Source: a virus. Taken from it: 64,000 nucleotides of DNA. The notes under the pieces are model-generated. The model did not search any database. It had not been told where the DNA came from and saw only the letters and a list, made by a program, of their open reading frames with translations. The DNA lies in IMG/VR virus record IMGVR_UViG_3300032046_000019, positions 5,321-69,320 of that record; one strand, 5' to 3'. Each line of letters starts with the position of its first letter. The first letter of the stretch is position 1. Shown here piece by piece: positions 1 to 8,611 of the stretch. The translations under genes and the position numbers were made by a program.

Positions 1-72
1 TATGACAAACATATATTGTGATTATTTTTTTGTTTGCTAAAATTGAAATACATCATATATTGATACCTGTTC

Positions 73-258
73 CTAAAAATCTCTTTGAAAGAATCTTTCT
101 ACTTGTTGTGTTTTTACATTATATAAAATTTTCTTGAATCCAGAACTGGATTTATACCAGATGTTAAAGGCTATAAGTGTCTTACCTGTCTCTTTGTTGG
201 CTATTACACGTAAAGTTCTATAAGACTTGCTATATTTTTTGTAGTTGAAATGAAACAT
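73..258 (-). CDS. small hypothetical protein
   Basis: 61-aa ORF co-oriented with neighbours. Confidence 0.55.
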   Translation of the reverse strand: MFHFNYKKYSKSYRTLRVIANKETGKTLIAFNIWYKSSSGFKKILYNVKTQQVERFFQRDF

Positions 259-283
259 TTTATTAAATCATATTAAATTATTA

Positions 284-512
284 TTAAGTTTTAAACCAAA
301 AGAGATTCTGTGACATGTTTTTAATTCTTGTTTTTTCACTCTAATACAAGACAACCCAGTATCCGTTTCCATTGTTCAATAGACACGAAATTTTGTTTGC
401 TGTTAAAATATAAAGATATTGTCCAAAATATTCTTCAATCCGAACATACACTATATATTTCTTTATATTTGTCCTTATTGTTTTTATTTTTACAAAAATT
501 AAACCTAAACAT
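284..512 (-). pseudogene. disrupted paralog of the 1146..1352 ORF
   Basis: MFRFNFCKNKNNKDKYKEIY in frame 0, then QYLYILTANKISCLLNNGNGYWVVLY*SEK in +1; aligns by eye to MLNFYFIKNK..DKHYKAI..CYLYIITLDNTLCLVNNISGNWTTVWES. Confidence 0.5.
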
Positions 513-1156
513 TATTTCAACTCATAAAATTTGTTTTTTGTTTCTTCTTTCCCGGTGTTTATCAGAACAACTCCTGTTTTTAAGTTTTTCTCAAGATCAT
601 AACAATAAATTACGTGAAAAGATTTTTCTTCTTCATAATCTATTTTAAAGGTTCTTATATCATAAATAAAAAATTTACCTGTTAATAACTTAATTGTCTC
701 ACCAATTTCGTCTTTTATATAATGAGGCGTTTCAATTTCTTCTTTTTCAAAGAAATAATAATTCTTATAAATTAATTCTTTAGAATAAAGAATTGTGTCT
801 GTTTTTTGTTTTTCTAATTCTTTTTCCGTAAAGGATTTTGGGACATTTGTTTCAAAATTAAAACCAAAAGTTTTTAAACCATCCCAAGATTTGTTTGTGT
901 CGGAAAAATATGTATTTGGTTGAAACGTGAATCGAGAACTTTCTGTGTGGCCATAGTCATAAAATCCCATTACCTTTAATTTAAAATTTTCATTGTTTGT
1001 TGATGATAAATCATCATATAAATTATAATATAAAATATATTGACTATTTTTATTCAAGCCCCTTACTATTGGTTTAATAACAAAATTTGTTTTTAACTTT
1101 TCAATTAAAAGAGTCTCCAGTGTCTGTTTTAATAATTCTTTTGGTTTAAATTCCAT
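512..1156 (-). CDS. hypothetical protein, C-terminal FYSxxKN-family domain
   Basis: long ORF; likely start MEFKP; ends IYCYDLEKN. Confidence 0.7.
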   Translation of the reverse strand: MEFKPKELLKQTLETLLIEKLKTNFVIKPIVRGLNKNSQYILYYNLYDDLSSTNNENFKLKVMGFYDYGHTESSRFTFQPNTYFSDTNKSWDGLKTFGFNFETNVPKSFTEKELEKQKTDTILYSKELIYKNYYFFEKEEIETPHYIKDEIGETIKLLTGKFFIYDIRTFKIDYEEEKSFHVIYCYDLEKNLKTGVVLINTGKEETKNKFYELK

Positions 1157-1352
1157 TTGACTCCCACACTGTGGTCCAATTTCCACTTATATTGTTTACT
1201 AAACACAAGGTATTATCTAAGGTTATTATATACAAATAACAATTCCGTGTTGTATTTTTATCACTAGGTTCAAAATGAGCAAACATTGTATGTATTGCTT
1301 TATAATGTTTATCATGAATTCTTTTGTTTTTAATAAAATAAAAATTTAACAT
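1146..1352 (-). CDS. hypothetical protein
   Basis: 68-aa ORF overlapping the next start. Confidence 0.55.
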   Translation of the reverse strand: MLNFYFIKNKRIHDKHYKAIHTMFAHFEPSDKNTTRNCYLYIITLDNTLCLVNNISGNWTTVWESNGI

Positions 1353-1356
1353 TTGT

Positions 1357-1635
1357 TTAAATTCTTTCTATTTTCATTTCTCTAGAAGCATCAGTATGAT
1401 AATGCGAAAAGAGACTAAAAAAATTATTTGTTTTAAGCGAATAAAAATTATATTTAAAAGTTTTAACTTTTAAACTTGTGTTAAATGGATTTGGAGAATA
1501 ACTTGATTTTTCATTATTCAAATATAGTGCTGGCTCTTTTATTATTTTTATCGTTTTAAACCCTTTATAGTCATTAAAGGTTACACTGTATATTTCACCT
1601 TCAATTAAATTTGATAGAAGTGTTGTATTTTTCAT
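1357..1635 (-). CDS. hypothetical protein, FYSxxKN paralog family
   Basis: LIEGEIYSV...YNFYSLKTN. Confidence 0.7.
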   Translation of the reverse strand: MKNTTLLSNLIEGEIYSVTFNDYKGFKTIKIIKEPALYLNNEKSSYSPNPFNTSLKVKTFKYNFYSLKTNNFFSLFSHYHTDASREMKIERI

Positions 1636-2276
1636 TTAATGAATTTTATTTTCTTATTTGTTTCAAATGAATAACAATCATATATTTCATAAGATATCTG
1701 TTGTTTTCTTAACGCTGAATCCGGCAAGGTTACATGAAATTTAGAAATATCATAAATCTTAAATTGTTTCACAAGAACATAATCACTATCCGCAGAAAGC
1801 AAATAACTTTTGTTTACTAGATTAAGAACATTACCTATAGATTTTTTTAATTTAGCTGTTGCTACTAGTTTTGTTGGTTTTTTTTCTACAAAAACTTTCA
1901 TATAATAAGTTAAGTGTCTGTCCCTGGGATTACTCATTTGTTCTATAATTTCAAATCTAATATATTTTTGCATATTAGTATTCCCGTGTAAGTTCCCTAA
2001 TTCTAAATTGATATTTAAATTTTTTCTATCATAAGATATTTCGTTAGTTCGATTTGTAAAACACCAACAAGAATAATTCAAATCGTCGTCTTTATCTACA
2101 TCGGACTCTAATACAACACTTGTTTCTGGGTCATGAAAAATTTCAATTGTTTCATTATTTTTTTTTAAAAAATTCGTTGTAAATATCACAACATTATCTT
2201 TGAAAAAGAGTTCTAGTTCTTTTTCTATAATTTTCCTTATTTCTTCGGCTTTTTCTTTAGAAAATTTATTTTTCAT
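1632..2276 (-). CDS. hypothetical protein, C-terminal FYSxxKN-family domain
   Basis: 214 aa; ends YDCYSFETNKKIKF; ATGA overlap with next gene. Confidence 0.75.
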   Translation of the reverse strand: MKNKFSKEKAEEIRKIIEKELELFFKDNVVIFTTNFLKKNNETIEIFHDPETSVVLESDVDKDDDLNYSCWCFTNRTNEISYDRKNLNINLELGNLHGNTNMQKYIRFEIIEQMSNPRDRHLTYYMKVFVEKKPTKLVATAKLKKSIGNVLNLVNKSYLLSADSDYVLVKQFKIYDISKFHVTLPDSALRKQQISYEIYDCYSFETNKKIKFIK

Positions 2277-2277
2277 A

Positions 2278-2433
2278 TTATTTTAATATTTTGAAATCTA
2301 TTATTTTTGTTCTACCGGCATGAAATGCAACAAACAAACTTTGCAAGTCAACATCTGACTTGAGTGGCAAGAACTTATCTGGCACTTCCATCTCAACAGT
2401 CATTTGTATTGTTAATATTTTCTTTTTATTCAT
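2278..2433 (-). CDS. small hypothetical protein (51 aa, not in ORF track)
   Basis: MNKKKILTIQMTVEMEVPDKFLPLKS... fills the gap exactly. Confidence 0.55.
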   Translation of the reverse strand: MNKKKILTIQMTVEMEVPDKFLPLKSDVDLQSLFVAFHAGRTKIIDFKILK

Positions 2434-2749
2434 ATTCTTCTATTTCTACAGTCCAATTATTGTCATAGTTGTAAGTAAAATATTGATTTCTTTCAGGACA
2501 ATAAAATACCTTATTTTCCCCATCGTCTGTTTCTTCTATGAAAATATAAATTAATTTCTTCTTGTTTAAATTAAAAAACAATTTAATTGTATACAATTCT
2601 CCCACTTTGAATTTTTTTCTTTTCAACCTATCTCTTTCGGCTTCATATATGAATGAAATCGTTTTATCATCAGGAATAGGATACTCTGTTGCTTTTGAAA
2701 GCATATAATTAGATTTTTTTATAATATAATCTTTTATTTTTGTTAGCAT
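2426..2749 (-). CDS. hypothetical protein, FYSxxKN paralog family
   Basis: FKVGELYTI...YIFIE...VFYCPERN. Confidence 0.7.
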   Translation of the reverse strand: MLTKIKDYIIKKSNYMLSKATEYPIPDDKTISFIYEAERDRLKRKKFKVGELYTIKLFFNLNKKKLIYIFIEETDDGENKVFYCPERNQYFTYNYDNNWTVEIEEYE

Positions 2750-2750
2750 T

Positions 2751-2903
2751 TTATTTCTCTGTTGAGGGATATGGATAACCCATATAAAATAATAAACCAG
2801 TTGGTAAATCCATAGGTTTCAAAAAAGCCACTTCTATTTCGTTTCTGAAATTTACATAAACTCTTCTTTTGCCATCTTTTGTTTTAAACCTAAATTTAAT
2901 CAT
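2751..2903 (-). CDS. small hypothetical protein (50 aa), leaderless
   Basis: MIKFRFKTKDGKRRVYVNF...; ATG 6 nt after a -10 box. Confidence 0.55.
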   Translation of the reverse strand: MIKFRFKTKDGKRRVYVNFRNEIEVAFLKPMDLPTGLLFYMGYPYPSTEK

Positions 2904-2909
2904 AAGATT

Positions 2910-2937
2910 ATGATAGCAAGAAATAATTCTTAGTCAA
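2910..2937 (-). promoter_or_regulatory. sigma70-type promoter
   Basis: TTGACT-16nt-(TGc)TATCAT. Confidence 0.6.
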
Positions 2938-2943
2938 CATCAA

Positions 2944-3195
2944 CTAAAATAATTCTTCAATAAAAACATGTTGCATACGTACATCATTTTCGTCTATATA
3001 ATAGAATTTGTTTTTATTTAAAGAATAAAAACAATGTATAGTTTTCATATACGTACCATCAAACAGAACGTCGTTGAGAGAATAACCAATATATAAAATT
3101 GGAAAATCTTCTAAACCTTCAATATATGATGTTAGTGGTAATTTTATTATTTTATAAAATTCTCCGACAACAAAATTTATATTGGGTGTTTTCAT
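2944..3195 (-). CDS. hypothetical protein, FYSxxKN paralog family
   Basis: VVGEFYKI...ILYIG...CFYSLNKN; start MKTPN. Confidence 0.7.
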   Translation of the reverse strand: MKTPNINFVVGEFYKIIKLPLTSYIEGLEDFPILYIGYSLNDVLFDGTYMKTIHCFYSLNKNKFYYIDENDVRMQHVFIEELF

Positions 3196-3196
3196 T

Positions 3197-3574
3197 TTAT
3201 ACTTTATCGACTGTGTAATCCTGAGACTCTTGCCAGCCAAATTTTATATATGTGTTACTATGGAAATTGAAAAATACCAAATTCGGATAAGAGTCTTTTT
3301 CTTCAATTAAAATACATAAGTTTTTATTACCAGTAACCGTAACTGGATAAGGTGTTTTTACTTTAGAGTACAAAAGAAGAAGTTGTTTGGGGCACCTTGC
3401 AACATAATACAAGTCTCCAGTCACTACTTTTATCTTAGACTTAAATTCTTGTTCGCATTTGGTATTTTTCAAAGATAAAAATTTAAAAATCTCTTCTTGT
3501 GAAGATTTATTTTTTTTATCGTCTTTTTTTAAAACGTCAAGATAAAGATCTTTTAATTTTTTAGAATTTGGCAT
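3197..3574 (-). CDS. hypothetical protein, FYSxxKN paralog family
   Basis: VTGDLYYV...CILIE...VFFNFHSN. Confidence 0.7.
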   Translation of the reverse strand: MPNSKKLKDLYLDVLKKDDKKNKSSQEEIFKFLSLKNTKCEQEFKSKIKVVTGDLYYVARCPKQLLLLYSKVKTPYPVTVTGNKNLCILIEEKDSYPNLVFFNFHSNTYIKFGWQESQDYTVDKV

Positions 3575-3598
3575 TTTATGATTTAATCAAAATCAATT

Positions 3599-3913
3599 TT
3601 ATCTTTTGTAATCAATCATTTGTTCTGAGCACCTAAAACCGAGCGCATTATATGGTGTATCCAAGTTATTTGCTGCCAACATGGTCCAACCAAATTCGGC
3701 GTATTTGTCTACTATTATTATTAATAGTTTATCTATTTTAGAATCATTGAAATTGAATTTTCTTAGTTCATCTTTTCCTATTACAAACACAGATTCAGAT
3801 CCGTTAAAACTATATCTAATATTTTTATCTATTAAGCGATATAGTTCATCTGGAACTTTAATTGTGTTTGCTTCTCTAAATTCAGTTGCTACCTTTTGAT
3901 ATTCTTCAGGCAT
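3599..3913 (-). CDS. hypothetical protein
   Basis: 104 aa; AAGGA SD upstream. Confidence 0.7.
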   Translation of the reverse strand: MPEEYQKVATEFREANTIKVPDELYRLIDKNIRYSFNGSESVFVIGKDELRKFNFNDSKIDKLLIIIVDKYAEFGWTMLAANNLDTPYNALGFRCSEQMIDYKR

Positions 3914-3925
3914 TTTTTGTTTCCT

Positions 3926-4153
3926 TTATATAAATATTAAAAATAGAATAACCAAGATGGTTAAACCAAATCCTAGTTGAAGCCAATTAACCTGAAAAGG
4001 TTTATCTTTTCCAAAGGTAGAATCCATGTCAGATGACCAACATTCAAAACACAGGTCATTATTTTCTCTAACATTTGTAGTAAAACTTTTAAGACAACCA
4101 GCAGAAGGATATACGTTTTCACCGCATTTTTTAGTTATTGTTTTTTGTTCCAT
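3926..4153 (-). CDS. small Cys-containing protein with C-terminal TM helix
   Basis: Cys residues incl. CFEC; hydrophobic tail LGFGLTILVILFLIFI; leaderless. Confidence 0.65.
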   Translation of the reverse strand: MEQKTITKKCGENVYPSAGCLKSFTTNVRENNDLCFECWSSDMDSTFGKDKPFQVNWLQLGFGLTILVILFLIFI

Positions 4154-4204
4154 TCAAGAATGATACTACAACAGAAAAACTATCTAAACCGCATAAATAA
4201 AAAT

Positions 4205-4450
4205 TTACTTCTTGTGTCTCTTGTTGTATAATTTTCTGATTCCTTCTGGAATATACCAGAAATAATAACTGATATAATGAAGATATAATACAGCGATTTT
4301 ATGTTCGGTTTCATTTAACTCATACCAGTAAAAATCCGACTCACACAAAAGAGATTCTTCTTTTTCTTCGTTTCCTAAAACTCTATAAAATAGAGACTTT
4401 TCTACACCCGACAAATAGGTAAGTATTTTTTTTATTGATAATTTTTTCAT
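4205..4450 (-). CDS. hypothetical protein
   Basis: 81 aa; ATGA overlap with upstream gene. Confidence 0.6.
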   Translation of the reverse strand: MKKLSIKKILTYLSGVEKSLFYRVLGNEEKEESLLCESDFYWYELNETEHKIAVLYLHYISYYFWYIPEGIRKLYNKRHKK

Positions 4451-5049
4451 TTGTTTATTTTTTTACTTGTTCTGGCAAGAGCACATTTAGGACATCCTTG
4501 ACCACTTCTATGATTTATTGGTTTTTGCAAGAACTGATTGTTGCAACTATTGCATATTATGTTTATTTTTGTTTGTGCATTTTTGTATTCCATTAAAGAA
4601 TAATTGTATTTTTCTTTTCCATGAACTTTATTAAAATCATCTATAACTTTTTGTTTTGATTTCTTGTTTACAACAGAAGAACAATATTTACAACCATGAC
4701 ATAAATGGTCTGAGGCTCTTTGCTCAAAAACACCATGTATTTTACATATAATTTTTATTTTATTATTAATTGTTTTAAACTCTACCAATGAATAATCGTA
4801 TTTTTCCTTATGAAAATTTTTAGCTTTATTGATAAAGATTTGTTTGTCATATTTGACATGGCTACAAGAAGGACAACCAGAACCATTTAAGTGATTTTTT
4901 GCCCATGGATGAAAAACTCTTTTACAAGTGTTGCACTTTATATTTAATTTTGTTTTTGTTAAAATGTTTTTTTCTTTTATTAAAGAATAGTCGAATTTGT
5001 CACCATGTTTTTCGGTTGCTTTTTTTATAAATGCTCTTATTGTATACAT
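4447..5049 (-). CDS. triple zinc-ribbon repeat protein (homing-endonuclease-associated DNA-binding repeats)
   Basis: 3 x FIxKAxxxHGxKYDYS...IxCxxC/H...F...H..GxGCPxC; start MYTIR. Confidence 0.75.
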   Translation of the reverse strand: MYTIRAFIKKATEKHGDKFDYSLIKEKNILTKTKLNIKCNTCKRVFHPWAKNHLNGSGCPSCSHVKYDKQIFINKAKNFHKEKYDYSLVEFKTINNKIKIICKIHGVFEQRASDHLCHGCKYCSSVVNKKSKQKVIDDFNKVHGKEKYNYSLMEYKNAQTKINIICNSCNNQFLQKPINHRSGQGCPKCALARTSKKINK

Positions 5050-5097
5050 GTTACATCTATAGTACAATAAAATACACTATAAACCTTCAAATATAAC

Positions 5098-6318
5098 TTA
5101 TTCTATAATAACCCACAAATTAGGAATACCAAGAGCAATTGGATGAATTGATCTCCAACCAGAAGGTATTTCTGCTGGGTTAAAATCAAACATGAATCTT
5201 GCGTCTGCTGGACTAAGGTTTACACAACCATGAGAACGAACTCTCCCAAACCCATTATGCCAGAAACTTTCATGTAAAGCCACATCTTCATTGATTTCGG
5301 TCAAATATTGTGTCCAGCGTACACCTTCCACATTATATGGTCTAGAACCACCACCTCTCATTTGGGTATAAGTAATTTTTCTTCTTACTTGGAATGTTCC
5401 AGAGTGAGTGGAACCACGTATCCTTCCTGTAGAAACCATAGTGGCAAAAACAAGATCATCATGGTCATAAGCGGTTAAGACTTGTTGATTTAAGTCTACA
5501 TGTACCCATCTTACACCACTTGGTATCGTACTTGGACGATTATGTTTAAATCCATATCTAACGTCACCTCTTGGAATGGTTCCGTTAACATATGTATTTC
5601 TTCTTGATAATATTCTTTCGTTTTCCATAACAGAAACAGTAGCTATTGTTCTATTTTGTGAAACCGCCTCGAATCTTTCATATCTTAAAACAGGCAATAC
5701 TTGTCTGTTTGGTAAGGTAATGTTTGTATCGTTTAAAATAAAAACAAAATTATCTGGTGGATTTTGCCATCCCGAGAAAGTGCTTGGTTCAAATATTTCT
5801 AGTGAAGCAACAGGAACAAATCCTCCATTTGGTCTTTCCAAGTAACCTTGAGTTTGCAACAAAGCATTTGTTCTAAATAACAATTCGTCACCATTAGAAA
5901 AGCTCTCTAAAATACCTCCATGGTCAGAAGGATTATCTCTAGATACAACACCTCTTCTTTTTACTTTTGCCCATGTGAAGTCAGGAGGACCACCTAGAAA
6001 TTCAGCTTCTCTAGTTCTGGGTCCAGTGCTTAGGTTAGAAAGTCTAACAATGCCTTGAGGGTATAATTGTGCCCAAGAATTTCTTGACACACAATCGGGG
6101 ATACACCCAACTACTCTAACAGGATCTCCAAATCTTAAAAGAGATATTGAAGGCCCAAGTCTTTCGAGTGACGGCAAAACAAAGACATTGTTGTCGGTTG
6201 ATATCCATGCATTAAAAGGAGGACTAAGTGGAATTTCTTGAGCATTAACTCTACACATTAAATTAAACAAACTAACAAAAACTACAGCAAAAAAAACCAA
6301 GCTTTTATTCTTTAACAT
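5098..6318 (-). CDS. secreted L,D-transpeptidase (YkuD family)
   Basis: signal peptide (..RVNA-QE); VDLNQQVLTAY, VSTG, catalytic ALHESFWH...SHGCVNL. Confidence 0.9.
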   Translation of the reverse strand: MLKNKSLVFFAVVFVSLFNLMCRVNAQEIPLSPPFNAWISTDNNVFVLPSLERLGPSISLLRFGDPVRVVGCIPDCVSRNSWAQLYPQGIVRLSNLSTGPRTREAEFLGGPPDFTWAKVKRRGVVSRDNPSDHGGILESFSNGDELLFRTNALLQTQGYLERPNGGFVPVASLEIFEPSTFSGWQNPPDNFVFILNDTNITLPNRQVLPVLRYERFEAVSQNRTIATVSVMENERILSRRNTYVNGTIPRGDVRYGFKHNRPSTIPSGVRWVHVDLNQQVLTAYDHDDLVFATMVSTGRIRGSTHSGTFQVRRKITYTQMRGGGSRPYNVEGVRWTQYLTEINEDVALHESFWHNGFGRVRSHGCVNLSPADARFMFDFNPAEIPSGWRSIHPIALGIPNLWVIIE

Positions 6319-6369
6319 ATATTTTCCTATTAAACAATTCCTTCTTTATTTAAATATGATAAGCTAAAA

Positions 6370-6654
6370 TCATATTGTTAATTTTTTTATTAAATAACCA
6401 GAACCCGCATAAAAAAAATCTTTTTGCAATATTTTAAATTTTTCATTTCTCAATAATGAATAAAAATTTAAAACTATAAAATCTCTATAAATATTTCCTT
6501 TTATTTTGATGTCGCTGCGCATCCATAGTTTTTCTTTTGATTCGCCTAAATAAATACACGTTCCATAATTTATTTCTATTTGAAGAGAGTTATCATAAAT
6601 TTCATATAAAGTTCCTGTTTTTATTTTTTTATGTTTCATATTATATTTTTTCAA
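6370..6654 (-). CDS. hypothetical protein, FYSxxKN paralog family
   Basis: KTGTLYEIYD...YGTCIYLG...NFYSLLRNEKF; close paralog of next gene. Confidence 0.75.
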   Translation of the reverse strand: MKKYNMKHKKIKTGTLYEIYDNSLQIEINYGTCIYLGESKEKLWMRSDIKIKGNIYRDFIVLNFYSLLRNEKFKILQKDFFYAGSGYLIKKLTI

Positions 6655-6895
6655 TTAAATAAGCATCTTCATATATATAAAATTTTTCATTTTTCAAAAA
6701 TGAATAGAAATTAAACTTTACATAATCTTTATAAATTTTTTCTTTTGTTTTTTTATTTATGGAATCCCATATTTTGTCTATTGATTTGCCTAAACAAACA
6801 CATGTCCCATAATCCACATCTATTTGACTAGAGTAATCAAAAATGTTATAAAATTCTCCTATTTTTACTTTAAGTTTTTTATTCTTTTGTTTCAT
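6641..6895 (-). CDS. hypothetical protein, FYSxxKN paralog family
   Basis: KIGEFYNIFD...YGTCVCLG...NFYSFLKNEKF. Confidence 0.75.
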   Translation of the reverse strand: MKQKNKKLKVKIGEFYNIFDYSSQIDVDYGTCVCLGKSIDKIWDSINKKTKEKIYKDYVKFNFYSFLKNEKFYIYEDAYLIEKI

Positions 6896-7176
6896 AGTGG
6901 TCGTATGTGATAAAACGGCAACTCATCTCTTGGTATGGAAAATGTTTCATTTTTTTCAAAACTATAAAACAATAACTCAACTGTTTCTAGTGGACCACTA
7001 TGATGAAACAATATTCTGCTGGCACATGGTTTTTTATCAAGAAAAATACATTTATTATCTGTTACTTCTAAAAAGTCATTAACAATATATAAATTATTAA
7101 TGATTAAATCATCAACTGTGATTTTGTTTTCAATAACTGAATAATGAGGAAATTGTATTATATTTGGATTTACCAT
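6892..7176 (-). CDS. hypothetical protein, FYSxxKN paralog family
   Basis: INNLYIV...CIFLD...LFYSFEKNETF; start MVNPN. Confidence 0.7.
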   Translation of the reverse strand: MVNPNIIQFPHYSVIENKITVDDLIINNLYIVNDFLEVTDNKCIFLDKKPCASRILFHHSGPLETVELLFYSFEKNETFSIPRDELPFYHIRPL

Positions 7177-7463
7177 TGTTCTTCTTCTAATTCTTCTTTC
7201 ATTAATTCTTTCACAATAAACCAATTTTTTCTTTCAAATTTCCACCATCGTTTTATTGGAGAAAGATCGGTTATATCTATTATTTGAATTAAAATCGGAG
7301 TTAGTTGTTTGTAACAAACCATTACTTCACAATCAGGACACTTAAGGGGGAATTTAATTTCCCCTTTACCATTTGTTTGACAAAGTAATGGTAAATCACA
7401 TACATGACAAGGATGCATCATGTATTTTTTTACCGCAGAGACTTTATATTTTTGTTTTGTCAT
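7170..7463 (-). CDS. zinc-ribbon protein
   Basis: CHVC...CPDC. Confidence 0.7.
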   Translation of the reverse strand: MTKQKYKVSAVKKYMMHPCHVCDLPLLCQTNGKGEIKFPLKCPDCEVMVCYKQLTPILIQIIDITDLSPIKRWWKFERKNWFIVKELMKEELEEEQW

Positions 7464-7531
7464 GTTTTCTTTCTTTTAAGAAATAATATTTAAGCATTTT
7501 TTACAAACATAAAGACATAAAAGGCATATTT

Positions 7532-8098
7532 TTATTCAAAATAATATGTACCATTTCCTTGGTCATATTTAAAAATTCTATCAAAAAAATTAAAATTTGT
7601 TTTCAATTTAAATTTAGTATTTTTCTCAACATCATAAATAGTAAAATAACACATGTGATGTTTTTTAAATATCCTATACCAAATAAAATCTGATATTATA
7701 AACTCTCTAGTTCCGAACCAAATTGATTTATTAACAACAGCAATAGTGTCGGATAAATCTTCGGTGTGTTGAACTTCTATTCTATATATTTTTTCTGTTT
7801 CTAAATGTGCAATAGGTGTCTTTTGTATGTAATCAAAATGTTGATTTTTTATATTAATACTGTCAACGTAAACACTATTACTATTTGCATATTGTTTTTT
7901 TGTTATTATGCAATAATCTTCAAACTTGTTTCTATTAAAATTTAATATCAAATTGTTTTCGCCTAGATAAAAACCATCTGATAATTTATCTATGAACTTA
8001 TCTTTACTATTTGGCGAATCGATATTTATATCTGTTGGGTCCAAAAAACAAAATTTAAGCCAAGTTATTAGTTCTTTATCGGGGCATGTTTTTTTCAT
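7532..8098 (-). CDS. hypothetical protein, C-terminal FYSxxKN-family domain
   Basis: LETEKIYRI...FTIYDVEKNTKF. Confidence 0.7.
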   Translation of the reverse strand: MKKTCPDKELITWLKFCFLDPTDINIDSPNSKDKFIDKLSDGFYLGENNLILNFNRNKFEDYCIITKKQYANSNSVYVDSINIKNQHFDYIQKTPIAHLETEKIYRIEVQHTEDLSDTIAVVNKSIWFGTREFIISDFIWYRIFKKHHMCYFTIYDVEKNTKFKLKTNFNFFDRIFKYDQGNGTYYFE

Positions 8099-8512
8099 TT
8101 CGGTGGTTTTCCTTTAATTTCTATATCAAATTCATCTAGAGAACATTCTTCACCATCAAAATATTCTTCCCCAACAGGAATAGCCTCAGATTCATAATCT
8201 TCTGATATTCTAAAACCTCTAGCCGAAATAATTCCATGTCGTTTCGCCTCTTCGTATTCTTCGATAGAAATAGGTATCCTGTTATTTAAAGTGGAATTAT
8301 AATTGCAAACTTCTGTTCCTTCTTTAAACCATGTATCTGGTTTTGCTATAAGTTTAACATGTTTGTTCATGAGTTCTTCATATGTTGTGATTTGAAGCGG
8401 TATATGAGGAGTATAAAGAAAAACAGGATCAAAAACACCACAATTACAAGAATGCCAATCTTTATGCCAAGGGCATTCTGGTGGGTGGGGTAGTTTCTTC
8501 CATGTTGGTCAT
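8095..8512 (-). CDS. hypothetical protein with a frame break near its 5' end
   Basis: frame of 8095..8370 stays open ~46 codons upstream (HPPECPWHKDWHSCNCG..FLYTPHIPLQIT) with no in-frame start; the SD-preceded ATG at 8512 is out of frame. Confidence 0.55.
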
Positions 8513-8582
8513 TTTAATATTTTCTTTCCTAAAAACCTAAAATCTTTCGCATAAGCCCTGGCTGCTTGTTTCATTGTTGTTC

Positions 8583-8611
8583 ATTGTATCTCACAACAAA
8601 ACCCTTGTCAA
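8583..8611 (-). promoter_or_regulatory. near-consensus sigma70 promoter
   Basis: TTGACA-17nt-TACAAT. Confidence 0.75.
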
